A stretch of 64,000 bases of DNA, taken from Antedon mediterranea. Its lineage: Eukaryota > Animalia > Echinodermata. The notes beneath the pieces were generated by a model. That model saw nothing but the letters and a program-made list of their open reading frames with translations. It was not told where the DNA came from and searched no databases. Position 1 is the stretch's first letter. The number at the start of each line of letters is the position of its first letter. The position numbers and the translations under genes are program-made. The stretch covers positions 9,068,422 to 9,132,421 of the forward strand of contig NC_092678.1 in the NCBI RefSeq assembly GCF_964355755.1, given 5' to 3'. Of the stretch, positions 12,860 to 24,372 are shown piece after piece.

Positions 12860-13588
12860 GAATATGACCTGCTGCCAGAAGTAAAATCCCCAGCAGACCA
12901 TTTACTAACTTTGAAAGGTAAAATCTTCTATTTCTGCCATAGGCTGCAGGGTGCTTGAATGTAATCTCCTCTGGCAAGCCATTTACTTTCCATCATCCAC
13001 CTTCAAATTCTTTATAAGCTAACTTGTGATTTTCCTGTTAGCCTATGATTGTATGAAATGAAATTAAAGTTGATCAATACAACTTCAAAATCTTTCACTC
13101 AAAGCTCAGGTCATAAAATGTGGGATAAAATTGCTTTTTTAAAATTACAATTTAGACCATTAAAGTATGGTAATGCTGTAAAATCCAATACAGAAATGTA
13201 AAACTGTTTTCACACTTTCTTGCTAGATCTGTTTTCTGTCTTTGTTTGATGTAGCTTAGCTAGAAACAAATGACTGGAATTCTCCTACAATACTTGTGGA
13301 TTCTAGAAACATCATTCCTTTTGAGGATCCAAATCCACTATCTTTCATAATATATGATTAGTTCATTTTGCATATCAATTATCAGAAAACCTTCCATTAA
13401 AAACATTAAATTGTAAACATTATACGGCCTACCTTTTGCTCAAACTTTACTTGTCTCTTGCCGCTCACTCACTGGCATATACTCCCTATAGACAAAGCTT
13501 GTATTTGTCAACTTCATCTGGATTCAGTTTTCTCCATTTTCAGTGGCTGTTTTTAGTTACTGGTTTTAACTGAATCCTTTATCCATTT
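12860..13588 (-). pseudogene. Spliced remnant encoding an HMG-box-like helix and a GTF2I/TFII-I-like repeat (probable transposon accessory gene)
   Basis: AG/GT-bounded piece 13433-13588 gives WRKLNPDEVDKYK. Piece 12860-13042 gives AYKEFEGG*WKVNGLPEEITFKHPAAYG...ILLLAAGHI. Confidence 0.45.
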
Positions 13589-13689
13589 CTGACAAAATAA
13601 CAAACTGTACATCTAGCTATTTTTACATTGTAGCCTACCCAAACTAACAATCAAAACGGATACTTTTCTTAATATTTAGTAAGATGAAC

Positions 13690-13930
13690 AAAGATTGCCC
13701 ATTTTAATGTGCTCAGATAGGAACATATTAGATGTTGCCTTCCGTTTCCAGTATTCTTTGGTGTTTGGAGTATTGTTTACCAGTTTGTTTCCTCCGATAA
13801 TTACCTATCTAATCCTACGTACTATGAGAATAGTTTTGTTAAACAACTTGAAAATTGATTTTTGGATATGTAGATTACAATTTAGACCAGAATTTAAACA
13901 TCTGAAGATATTCCAATTTGAATTCCTTCG
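13690..13930 (-). mobile_element. Possible remnant of a CMC/EnSpm-like transposase
   Basis: RRKQTGKQYSKHQRILETEGNI*YVPI.STLK resembles the YVPIxxTL motif of these transposases. Very degenerate. Confidence 0.3.
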
Positions 13931-13959
13931 TTTCTAAAATTTATAATAAAGTTATCACA

Positions 13960-14690
13960 TTTCATTTGTTGTTCATTTTCAGCAATTAAAATAACCCAGA
14001 AAAGAGCCCCAAACCATGTATTATTAATGTGGACACCAGTATATCATCCATTTTTGTTCATTAATAAATATACAAAATAGTATAAGGGACAGTGTGCAAC
14101 CTTGTTTAACACCTTGACCAATGTTAAATTCCTTTGTTATATTATTTCCAAACTTTAACTTTAACATTAGTGTACATTATTCGTCACAAACATCCTCTAA
14201 TTCCAAATTCCATATGGCCTTTAAAAGACCATCTCTCCATACAGAATCAATGCTTGTTGGAAGTCCAGCAATGCAAAATAAGTATGTTTTCCTTCTTTTC
14301 TTCTGCAAACTGCAATGCTTTTTACTACAAAGACATGGTCTTCACATTGCTGGTCTTTTCTAAAACTTCCCTGGACATCCGAAAGAGCATTATCCTCCTC
14401 AAGGTTATTTGCAGGTTATTTATATTATACCCAGATAGAATATCTACTGTAGGTCTTTCTTATCACCTTGTTTAAAAATAGGAACTATCAAACTTTAAAT
14501 TCCAATCAGTCGGTATTGGTTGAAATTCATTAATTTTTTTTAAAAAAATTTTCAGAATTTACCTTGCTTTTGCATGTAACCTTAGAATTTAAAACGTTCA
14601 GCTATGATATGTGATGCCATAAGATGCGATGTTAATAACTGGTTGTTCAGTTCATCATACATCTTATCGACAGGTTTCAGTTTAGTGTAG
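13960..14690 (-). mobile_element. Degenerate LINE RT fragment (host of the Gypsy insertion; probably continues at 19163-19287)
   Basis: IPTDWN..IVPIFKQGDKK, LSDVQGSFRKDQQCEDHVF, LLDFQQA.DSVWRDGL and GVKQGCTLSLILFCIFINE. Confidence 0.8.
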
Positions 14691-14950
14691 TGTTATGTCT
14701 AGCTATGGTGCCAGTAGGCAAGATGATACATTTGTTTATCAGTATACACTTCCTATGTTATCAGTTGGTTTACAAATACCACCTGTAACTATACCAATTT
14801 GTATGAGTCATATAGATAGTAGAATTGTGAATAAAAGAGTTGTTAAAAAGTAGTCGAAGTGAATGCATCTATCTTTGAGTCAGCTTTACAATACTTTACA
14901 TTATATTACAATACATTACTACTGTACAAAGGTACTGGGGGTATATAACA
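14691..14950 (+). repeat. 5' LTR of Gypsy element
   Basis: TGTTATGT...ATATAACA, contains AATAAA, identical by eye to 18898-19157. Confidence 0.97.
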
Positions 14951-14953
14951 AAT

Positions 14954-14972
14954 TGGCGACGAGGATCGGATT
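14954..14972 (+). promoter_or_regulatory. Primer binding site, tRNA-Ser(GCU)
   Basis: TGGCGACGAGGATCGGATT, 3 nt after the LTR, complementary to the 3' end of tRNA-Ser(GCU) (...CCUCGUCGCCA). Confidence 0.85.
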
Positions 14973-14991
14973 TTAAATTCTAAGTGATACA

Positions 14992-17900
14992 ATGGCTGGA
15001 ATTTCACCACCAGTACCGTTTCTACCTACTCCAGGCAAATCAACGTTAAAGTTTGAACAATGGTTTGAATTTTTTACAAATTATACTCTTGCGTCTGGAA
15101 GTGACCGATGGAATGCTGAAAGAAGAAAAGCACTATTACTACATTGTCTTGGTACTGAGGGTCAACGTATTTACAGCTCTTTACCAGAAAGAGAAATTGA
15201 TCCAAATGATGATGTTAATTCATATGATGCAACTGTTGCCAAATTGCGGGCACATTTTAACCCAAGATTAAACGTTGTAGCGGAAAGATACAAATTTCGT
15301 CAACGTAGACAACTCCAGGATGAAACATCAGATGAGTACGTAAGAGAACTTCGACAATTATCAATTTCATGTAATTTCGGTGTAATAGCTGATGAAATGA
15401 TAAGAGACCAGTTAGTTGAGAAAACTAATTCTTCCCGTATTCGCGAAAGATTACTTCTGGAACCTGAACTTACATTAAATACTGCCATAGAAATTACAAG
15501 GCAATGCGAACATGCTGCAAAAGAATGCCAAATAATAGGTAAAGCTGAACTACCATTACCTGTTGAGCAGATACGAAAGAGTAATTACAAACCTAAACAA
15601 CAGCCAGCAAAATACAAATCCAGTGAGTACTGTTTTCGTTGTGGTTCGAAATCGCACAAAGCAAATGATGTCAAATGCAAGGCAAAGAAAGCTAAATGCA
15701 ATAAATGCCGTAAGATAGGACATTTTGCTAGTGTTTGCAGAAGTGTTGAAATTGAAAATATTGATGAAACCATGTCTGTTAATGTGATGGTTAACAGAAA
15801 ATTACGCACTGACGTATTGATAGGTCATTCAGCAAAAGTGAACATGACCATAGATACTGGTTCACCAGTTACAATTCTACCCAAAAGAATCTATAATCGA
15901 TATTTTGTCAACGAAGCTCTACAAAAGGCGTCAATCAAACTGATGACCTACTCCAAGGAACCGATACATGTGCATGGATTTGTGAATTTACCAGTTACCC
16001 TTGCCAGTGAGCCAGAGAATAAAGTGCACGCGAAGATTTACATTGTAGAAAAAGGATCGCCTATTCTCGGGATGGACTTGATTAGCAACCTAAATATTAA
16101 CATTGTGAAAGGACAAATTGCTTACGTCCAAGTTGCTAAAGATACTACTACAATTGATGATGCTGAATACAAGCAAGAACTGAAAAAGAACTATCCGAGA
16201 TTGTTCAATGGGAATGTGGGGCTCGCGAAGGATTTCGTACATAAAGCTATGGTCCGCGAACACTGTACACCGAAAATTCAGAAATTACGAAGCTTACCAT
16301 TTACGGTAAGAGACAAAGTTGCTAAAGAACTTGATAGGTTAGAAAGCCAAGGAATTATAGAGAAAATTAATGCAAGTCCTTGGGTAAGTCCTATTGTCGT
16401 AGTAGGTAAAAAATCCGGTGATGTACGTATTTGTATAGATTTAAGAGAAGTTAACAAAGAACTTGTAGTAGACCAATTTCCTTTACCTGATATTTCAGAA
16501 TTATTTAATTCATTGCATGGTGCTACTGTATTTTCTACGTTAGATCTTAGATCTGCGTACCATCAATTGACATTACATAAAGAAAGTAGGGATTTAACTG
16601 CTTTTATTACGCATCAAGGCCTTTACCGTTATAAGAGAGTATGTTTTGGTCTTGCTTCCGCACCATCTGCATTTCAGAAAACAATGAGTTCAATCCTAAT
16701 GAATGCAAAGGGGGTACGTTGCTATCTTGACGATATTGTTGTCTTTGGTAAAGATGAACATGAACATGCTATTAATATGGAAAATGTTCTAAGTAAAATA
16801 CAAAAGGCAGGGTTAACGCTAAACCTTGATAAATGCAAATTTAGAGTGAAACAAATTTCATACTTAGGTCATACAATTTCGGCTTCAGGACTTCAACCTG
16901 ATAATGACCATGTAAAAGCCATAATCGAGGCAAAAATTCCAAACAACATCTCTGAATTGAGAACTGCTTTGGGAATGTTTGGATACTATGCAAAATTTGT
17001 ACCAAATTATGCGACTACATCAGAACCATTAAGGTATTTGCTAAGGAAAGAAAATGCGTTTGTGTGGGGTACTGAACAACAAGCCGCATTTGATAAATTA
17101 AAGAATAGTATTGCTAAAAGTACTGCATTGAATTTGTTTGATCCCAAATTACCAGTGATTGTTACCACTGATAGTTCAGATTACGGAATAGGCGGTGTGC
17201 TAAGTCAAATTAAGGATAACATTGAAATTCCTATTGCATTTACATCCCGTACATTAACAAGTGCAGAGCGTAATTATTCAACAGGGGAGAAAGAAGCATT
17301 AGCTTGTGTATATGCTTGTAAAAAATGGTTTAATTACTTATGGGGTAACAAATTTACATTACGTACTGACCACAAGGCTAATTTAAAATTGCTAAGTTCA
17401 TGTGCTACAGGTCATAAAACCATGCGAATTGCTAGATGGGCAGAGTGGCTACTTAATTTAGATTATGTGATTGAATATGTTACAGGGCAAAATAATTCTG
17501 TTGCCGATGCTTTAAGTAGACTCCCCATAACAGAAAATAATCCTTCTGTTGATAATAGTGATGAATATGTATTAAGTTATATATTGGATGCTAACACTTG
17601 CATTACAAAACAAGAGTTAATTAAGGAGACAAATACTGATCATGTGTCAACATTACTTAAGAAGTATATTACAACTGCATGGCCAAGTAAGAAAATGTTA
17701 AATGAAGAATTAAAACCTTACTACCTTGTAAAAGATGAATTGTGTTTAAATGATGATTTAATTATGAGGGGGGAGAGACTGGTAATCCCAAAATCATTGC
17801 AATGTAAAATAATTGATGAAGCACATACTGCACATCAAGGTATTGTACGAACTAAAAACAGGATTAGAGAACTATACTGGTTTCCTGCTATAGATCGTAA

Positions 17901-18867
17901 AGTAGAAGATAAAATTAAGAATTGTGAACCGTGTCAAAATAGTGATAAGACGGCTAAAACTTACAATGCGCCATTACAACCAATTGCGTTACCAGAACAT
18001 GCATGGCAAAAAGTTGCTATTGATATAATAGGCCCATTTGAAAAGGGACCTAGAAAGTGTAGATATGCTATTGTGTTAGTTGACTATTTCAGTAAATGGC
18101 CAGAAGTTTCTTTTACTAATGATATTACATCTACATTTGTATGTAATTTTCTCGATCAGATATTTGCAAGAGAAGGATTACCAAATGAGTTGGTATCCGA
18201 TAATGGGAAACAATTTGTATCCATAGAGTTTGAAAATTATTTAAAGGAGAGAGGTATTAAACACATTAGAACATCATTGTACTATCCTAAAAGTAATGGA
18301 TTAGTTGAAAGAATGAATAGAACAATTAAACATACCATTCAAATGGCCAATGAAAATAATAAGAATTGGAATGAGGCCATGTTAGAATTTCTTATGATCT
18401 ATCGATCTACACCTCATGCTGTTACAGGCATATCTCCTGCAGAATTATTACATAAGCGTAAATTAATTACTACACTAAATGTAAGACCTACAGATGGTTA
18501 CCAAAATGGAATTAAACATACTGAGGTAAAGGAACGAGTTAAAAAGTTCCAAATTAAAAGTAAGAAGTATTACGATGATAAGAAAAATGTGAGAAAACCA
18601 CAATTTAAAGTGGGAGATTCAGTACGAATTAAGAATCCGAGACATGTTGATAAATCAAGTAATAAGTTCTATACTGGAGGAAAAATTAAAAGAATTGTTA
18701 GTAATGCTACATATGAGCTAGATGATGGAAAGATCTGGAATGCTAAATACCTAACAAATGATCTAACCACACAGAAACAGAAAGATACTGTTGTACATAC
18801 ATTTGATAAAGATAGACCTAGACGTGAAGTTTATAAACCACGTTGGTTAATTGATTACACTCCCTAA
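14992..18867 (+). CDS. Gypsy gag-pol polyprotein, 1291 aa (Gag with two zinc knuckles, protease, RT, RNase H, integrase)
   Basis: CFRCGSKSH...C and CNKCRKIGHFASVC, IDTGS, YLDD, TDSSDYGIG...YSTGEKEALA, HTAHQG...CEPC, SDNGKQF...SNGLVERMNRT. Confidence 0.97.
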   Translation: MAGISPPVPFLPTPGKSTLKFEQWFEFFTNYTLASGSDRWNAERRKALLLHCLGTEGQRIYSSLPEREIDPNDDVNSYDATVAKLRAHFNPRLNVVAERYKFRQRRQLQDETSDEYVRELRQLSISCNFGVIADEMIRDQLVEKTNSSRIRERLLLEPELTLNTAIEITRQCEHAAKECQIIGKAELPLPVEQIRKSNYKPKQQPAKYKSSEYCFRCGSKSHKANDVKCKAKKAKCNKCRKIGHFASVCRSVEIENIDETMSVNVMVNRKLRTDVLIGHSAKVNMTIDTGSPVTILPKRIYNRYFVNEALQKASIKLMTYSKEPIHVHGFVNLPVTLASEPENKVHAKIYIVEKGSPILGMDLISNLNINIVKGQIAYVQVAKDTTTIDDAEYKQELKKNYPRLFNGNVGLAKDFVHKAMVREHCTPKIQKLRSLPFTVRDKVAKELDRLESQGIIEKINASPWVSPIVVVGKKSGDVRICIDLREVNKELVVDQFPLPDISELFNSLHGATVFSTLDLRSAYHQLTLHKESRDLTAFITHQGLYRYKRVCFGLASAPSAFQKTMSSILMNAKGVRCYLDDIVVFGKDEHEHAINMENVLSKIQKAGLTLNLDKCKFRVKQISYLGHTISASGLQPDNDHVKAIIEAKIPNNISELRTALGMFGYYAKFVPNYATTSEPLRYLLRKENAFVWGTEQQAAFDKLKNSIAKSTALNLFDPKLPVIVTTDSSDYGIGGVLSQIKDNIEIPIAFTSRTLTSAERNYSTGEKEALACVYACKKWFNYLWGNKFTLRTDHKANLKLLSSCATGHKTMRIARWAEWLLNLDYVIEYVTGQNNSVADALSRLPITENNPSVDNSDEYVLSYILDANTCITKQELIKETNTDHVSTLLKKYITTAWPSKKMLNEELKPYYLVKDELCLNDDLIMRGERLVIPKSLQCKIIDEAHTAHQGIVRTKNRIRELYWFPAIDRKVEDKIKNCEPCQNSDKTAKTYNAPLQPIALPEHAWQKVAIDIIGPFEKGPRKCRYAIVLVDYFSKWPEVSFTNDITSTFVCNFLDQIFAREGLPNELVSDNGKQFVSIEFENYLKERGIKHIRTSLYYPKSNGLVERMNRTIKHTIQMANENNKNWNEAMLEFLMIYRSTPHAVTGISPAELLHKRKLITTLNVRPTDGYQNGIKHTEVKERVKKFQIKSKKYYDDKKNVRKPQFKVGDSVRIKNPRHVDKSSNKFYTGGKIKRIVSNATYELDDGKIWNAKYLTNDLTTQKQKDTVVHTFDKDRPRREVYKPRWLIDYTP

Positions 18868-18884
18868 ATGTAACATGTGAAATT

Positions 18885-18897
18885 AGGAGGGGAGAGA
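18885..18897 (+). promoter_or_regulatory. Polypurine tract
   Basis: AGGAGGGGAGAGA immediately before the 3' LTR. Confidence 0.9.
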
Positions 18898-19157
18898 TGT
18901 TATGTCTAGCTATGGTGCCAGTAGGCAAGATGATACATTTGTTTATCAGTATACACTTCCTATGTTATCAGTTGGTTTACAAATACCACCTGTAACTATA
19001 CCAATTTGTATGAGTCATATAGATAGTAGAATTGTGAATAAAAGAGTTGTTAAAAAGTAGTCGAAGTGAATGCATCTATCTTTGAGTCAGCTTTACAATA
19101 CTTTACATTATATTACAATACATTACTACTGTACAAAGGTACTGGGGGTATATAACA
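18898..19157 (+). repeat. 3' LTR of Gypsy element
   Basis: Identical by eye to the 5' LTR, followed by TSD TGTAG. Confidence 0.97.
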
Positions 19158-19287
19158 TGTAGCATTCAAAATCTTCTTTCTGATGACCCAATTTTTGATA
19201 ATTTATCCACTTTTTGTCGCCACTGTTGTATACTTAATACTTTACTTGTGGATGTGCGTGGGTGACTTGACAAAACACTACACTAAC

Positions 19288-20420
19288 TGTAAGGAAAACA
19301 CTTTATTATGAACAATAAGCACGACTGAGATATGCCTGTGTTTTTTAGATGATTTATTTAGCAGAAAAACGATTTCATTCAAATCTGAAAACATTCAATA
19401 GTCATAACGTACATGTTAAAAAACAATAACTGACGTATTATTGAAAAGCTATTATAACATTAGTTCAATAACTCACTGTTTGTCAGCCAAGTCTTACTGT
19501 ACAAGCATTCGCTGTGTACTAAACAACTAATGAATATTCATAAGCTGCCGACTCACCCGGCGAGATTAACAATCGTAACTACAGTAAATAGATTATTATT
19601 ATTAAGCTATTATAACATTAGTTCAATAAGTCTACTGTTTGTCAGGCAAATCCCTACTGTCATACTTTCGACCCGTCAATTAGTAACTGAAACAAAATAT
19701 TATTAATCCATGATAATTATAACCTTCTGATCCCAAATTTGATAAACCTTTACAATTACATAAACAACTTAATCCGTAGTAAACAAGTTCAATGTATTCT
19801 ATATAAGTCTTACTGTACAAGCATTCGCTGTGTACTAAACAACTAATGAATATTCATAAGCTGCCGACTCACCCGGCGAGAGCAACACACGCAGACATTG
19901 TATGTTCTAATTAACAATCGTAACTACGGTAATTACACAACAAACCGCATCACTTCTATCCCTTTTGGATTCTGTGCATATACATCTCCACAACATGAAT
20001 AAACAACAATAAGGCAACTATAGACAAACTTTGCATTTCTTAAACAACAATTATACCAACATATAATTAGGCTCAACAACAGTTCTAGGCCTAAAAGCGG
20101 CAATTCGCCAACCAACGTGAACAACAACTTTGAGATTGTCCCTCATTTGAACTAGCCTATATTACATTAGATTTCACCTTAAATATGGCTCTACCTCTAC
20201 TACGTACCTTAACATATATTATACTGCTACTAAATTAATCATTACACATTGGTTTCTTCTTTACTGGTTAGCATTAATTAACATTGGTTTCAATCATTAC
20301 TGGTTAGCATTCGTTACACCTTGATTTTCTTTCCAGTCCTTTCCAAACTACTACATTGTACACGCGTGTTCAACATCCGGGATAGCAACTGGCATAATTC
20401 CTGGGTGCGCACTACAACTT
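19288..20420 (-). repeat. 3' LTR of the BEL/Pao element (first ~22 bp lost, extra ~160-bp internal duplication)
   Basis: Highly similar to 23381-24372. AATAAA lies near the minus-strand 3' end. Confidence 0.8.
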
Positions 20421-20599
20421 TCCACTTTTGTCTGATTTGCAAGCTAGGTAGGTATTCGCCTATAAACTTCTTCCAGAATTGATCGGCTATCAACTGGCTG
20501 TGACGCCACTGTTTTCTACTTCGTATTTCATGCGGTTGGAATGTAATTGGTGGTAACGCAGGATCTCTTCTACACATTAGTAGTAAATTGGGAGTTATC

Positions 20600-21660
20600 T
20601 TTGTAGCTGTCGCCATTCTTAATTAGTTTACAGATTTTTGGCCCTGGAATTCCTCTTTTGTGACTGGTTTTTTGTTGTTTTGTGGACATCTGTTGCTTTA
20701 GTAGTAAAATTTGTGCATTATACTGTGGATTGAATGCTACATGTTATGCTTATAAATTGCAATCTGAACATTAACTTGCTAAGCCCACAACTGAAACTAT
20801 AACCAGGATACTGGCTGGGCTCGCCGCGACCTATCGTCGGATCGTCGGAGAATTCAGGCAAGCCGAATGGGCAGCCTAGCCTAGGCCCAGACCAACCGAC
20901 AGAATCGGCGGTTTCAGAAGTATTGTGATCTTATGTTAACTTTGTGCAAGTACTTTTTCTTTACATTTTTTTGATGTGGAACCACTTTTTAATCTTCCGA
21001 AATTTGATCTTGTAGATGTATTTAAGAGTTACATAAGACCAAGTGTTGAATATGCTGTCCCAGTATGGCATTCTAGTCTCACTAAGAAACAAAGTGATAT
21101 GATAGAATCTGTCCAAAAAAGGGCTTGCAGAATAATATTGTGTAATGACTACATATGTTATGACCAAGCACTCAATGATCTTTCTTTAGACACTTTATCT
21201 GATAGAAGGCGTAATCTATGCTATAAGTTTGCTCTGAATTGTTCAAAAAGTATTCATTTTGGAAAATGGTTTCCAGTGAAGAATGTAAGTAACATGAAAC
21301 TAAGACGTGTAAAGTATCAACAACCCAAATGCAGAGTTGAAAGATATAGAAAAAGTGCAATACCATACCTTATCTCGCTTCTAAATGAATAATCTGTATA
21401 TATCACCCAGTACAGCTTTGCGATTTTTATTGATGCTTTTAGGTGTTTTTTTTTCTATTTTAATATTTTAAGCTAAACTTTTTGAATGTTCCTGTATTGT
21501 ATTTCTTGTGTAAATTACCTCCTTTTTTATATTTTTTTTATCATTGGTTTTATACTTTTTTACAAATTTTAATATTGAACAAATGTAAATATCTTTGTAA
21601 TTCAGCTAAGGCTGCGATAATGATATTGAAATAAATGAAATGAAATGAAATGAAAAAAAA
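20600..21660 (+). mobile_element. L2-group LINE derivative inserted in the BEL integrase
   Basis: Splits integrase DVDP|ITPNLL. ORF 20976-21392 (YIRPSVEYAVPVWHSSLT...SAIPYLISLLN) is an RT C-terminus. (GAAAT)n tail at 21628-21660. Confidence 0.85.
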
Positions 21661-23380
21661 TCGGGTCTACGTCAGCGATGTCGGAAGAGGCATAACCTAA
21701 AGGTTTTGAATTAAGTATACCCTCAACTTCTACCACAACCGTCCGTAAAACTACTTCACTCACAACTTTGTTCTTTAAGCAGCATTTCAGTGCATTCTTT
21801 ACTGATCTAACCTCCCGTTGCCTTATTCCACCAAAATGAGGGGCATTAGGAGGGTTGAACCTGAAGTCTACTTGCTGCGTAGCAAGTTTCTTTTGCAGTT
21901 CCGTACTCATAGCTTTGAACCATGCATTTAGTTCTCTTTCTGCCCCCTTTTCTGCTATCTTTTCATTTGATACCCATCCCTTTACTGAGAATCCACCATT
22001 GCTTAGTATCTTGTCTATGTCTTGAATTAACTTAATTGCTTCGGGTTTGGACTTCACTGATGGACATATGTCGTCCATGTATGTATCTCTCTCTATTACT
22101 TTAGCGGCCTCTGGGTGGGTATTCAGTTTTACTTTCTCTGGCTGTAAGTCTTAAGGCTGTTAGTACCATGGCCGGGGGTGGCTTGTCGCCAAATGTAAGA
22201 ACTTGCTTAATATATATATCAGGCTCTCTGTCGAACTCCATATCTCGCCATAGGTTATCTGTGAACATGTTAGTCAATCTCCGGGATGCGGATTCGATAC
22301 ATTGTACTTGTACATTGTTAAATAATATATAGTGTTTTTAAATATTGTAATTAATTTTTTTTATATGAAACGTTTTTATAAATTTTTGTACAATTTTGTG
22401 AAAAGCACTCAAAATATTTTCCTATGTGGACGAAATAAAGTTATCAAACAGAGAACGTATGATACATTTTCGATATATCTCCCAGAGGGCACTTCTGAGC
22501 CACAATTCCATCCCTTTCCAGTATTTTTCCTGTGTGGAGGTATGCATAGTTTACTCATATTAGAATATCAATTGGTCTAGCCGGTCTTTTCAGTGTACCC
22601 TCCTTCATCTCGAACAATTGTTCCAGTTTTCTAACATTAACATCAGGATTATCACTTATGTCGCTCATTCCGATGGCCTACCCCAGTGAAGATGACCGAG
22701 TGAGAGTAGTAGATGTAAAAGTACACGAGAAGGTTTATAAGCATCCTGTTGTGAATGTATTTTCTTTGGATTCTCACCTACTAACTGTATGTCATAGATT
22801 TTTGTATCATATTTTTCCTCCTTACCTCCCACAGTGGTCAACGCTGCTGTAACATTTTTACCATGGATACCCAAACTGTTAACAAAGCCTTCCCTTATGA
22901 AAGTACCTTGGGAGTCGTTGTCTAACATCACATTTGCTTTCTTGCTTGTGTTTCCATTAATTAACTTAAGTTCAAGTACCTGAAGTAATGGTTCATTGTC
23001 AATTACACTTGTGGACAGACCTACCAATCCCACGTTCCCTGCTTTCACTTCTGGATGCAGTAAAGCCTAACAGCCTTAAGACTCAGCCAGAGAAAGTAAA
23101 GATGGTGATACTTGTCAAAACATTGTTTATCTACCAACTTGTTACATCGTTTTCATCAGGTGCAATTTGCCATCCGTTGATGAGATTGCTCAATGGTTTC
23201 AAACGCTTAATAGTCCTTCTTGCAACTCTTGCTCCGATGGTTGGCTATCAACGAGTTGTCTCAATCCACCTAAGGCTCTTGTTAAGGTGCCCTTGCGGTT
23301 TCTTCTGGTTACCTTTAGCTTGTCCATTTGGTCGTTCCCTATACCTTCCTTGTGCGTCAGTCAGTAAAAACAATTTGAAT

Positions 23381-24372
23381 TGAAAGGAAAGTACTTTATT
23401 ATGAACAATAAAGCATGACTGAGATATGCCTGTGTTTTTGAGATGAAAAACGATTTCATTCAAATCTGAAAACATTCAATAGTCATAACGTACATGTTAA
23501 AAAACAATAACTGACGTATTATTGAAAAGCTATTATAACATTAGTTCAATAAGTCTACTGTTTGTCAGGCAAATCCCTACTGTCATACTTTCGACCCGTC
23601 AATTAGTAACTGAAACAAAATATTATTAATCCATGATAATTATAACCTTCTGATCCCAAATTTGATAAACCTTTACAATTACATAAACAACTTAATCCGT
23701 AGTAAACAAGTTCAATGTATTCTATATAAGTCTTACTGTACAAGCATTCGCTGTGTACTAAACAACTAATGAATATTCATAAGCTGCCGACTCACCCGGC
23801 GAGAGCAACACACGCAGACATTGTATGTTCTAATTAACAATCGTAACTACGGTAATTACACAACAAACCGCATCACTTCTATCCCTTTTGGATTCTGTGC
23901 ATATACATCTCCACAACATGAATAAACAACAATAAGGCAACTACAGACAAACTTTGCGTTGCGTTTCTTAAACAACAATTATATCAACACATTAATTAGG
24001 CTCAACAACAGTTCTAGGCCTAAAAGCGGCAATTCGCCAACCAAAGTGAACAACAACTTTGAGATTGTCCCTCATTTGAACTAGCCTATATTACATTAGA
24101 TTTCACCTTAAATATGGCTCTATACCTCTACTACGTACCTTAACATATTTTATACTGCTACTAAATTAATCATTACACATTGGTTTCTTCTTTACTGGTT
24201 AGCATTAATTAACATTGGTTTCAATCATTACTGGTTAGCATTCGTTACACCTTGATTTTCTTTCCAGTCCTTTCCAAACTACTACATTGTACACGCGTGT
24301 TCAACATCCGGGATAGCAACCGACATAATTCCTGGGTGCGCACTACAACTTGGATTTGCTATAAATCCTACA
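23381..24372 (-). repeat. 5' LTR of the BEL/Pao element
   Basis: Highly similar to 19288-20420 and followed on the minus strand by the Gag N-terminus. Confidence 0.8.

Larger units (their letters stand above)
14691..19157 (+). mobile_element. Intact Ty3/Gypsy LTR retrotransposon (Mag clade), 4467 bp
   Basis: TG...CA 260-bp LTRs, 5-bp TSD TGTAG (14686-14690 and 19158-19162), PBS, PPT and a single gag-pol ORF. Confidence 0.98.
19288..24372 (-). mobile_element. Internally deleted and rearranged BEL/Pao LTR retrotransposon with ~1-kb LTRs
   Basis: Ends TGTAAGGA...TCCTACA flanked by CTAAC (19283-19287 and 24373-24377). Minus-strand fragments run in order: Gag N-terminus (MDKLKVTRRNRKGTLTR), protease (VMLDNDSQGTFI), RT (TFGDKP...YMDDI), integrase (FNPPNAPHFGG; ITPNLLLM...QLIADQFWKKF). 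Confidence 0.85.
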
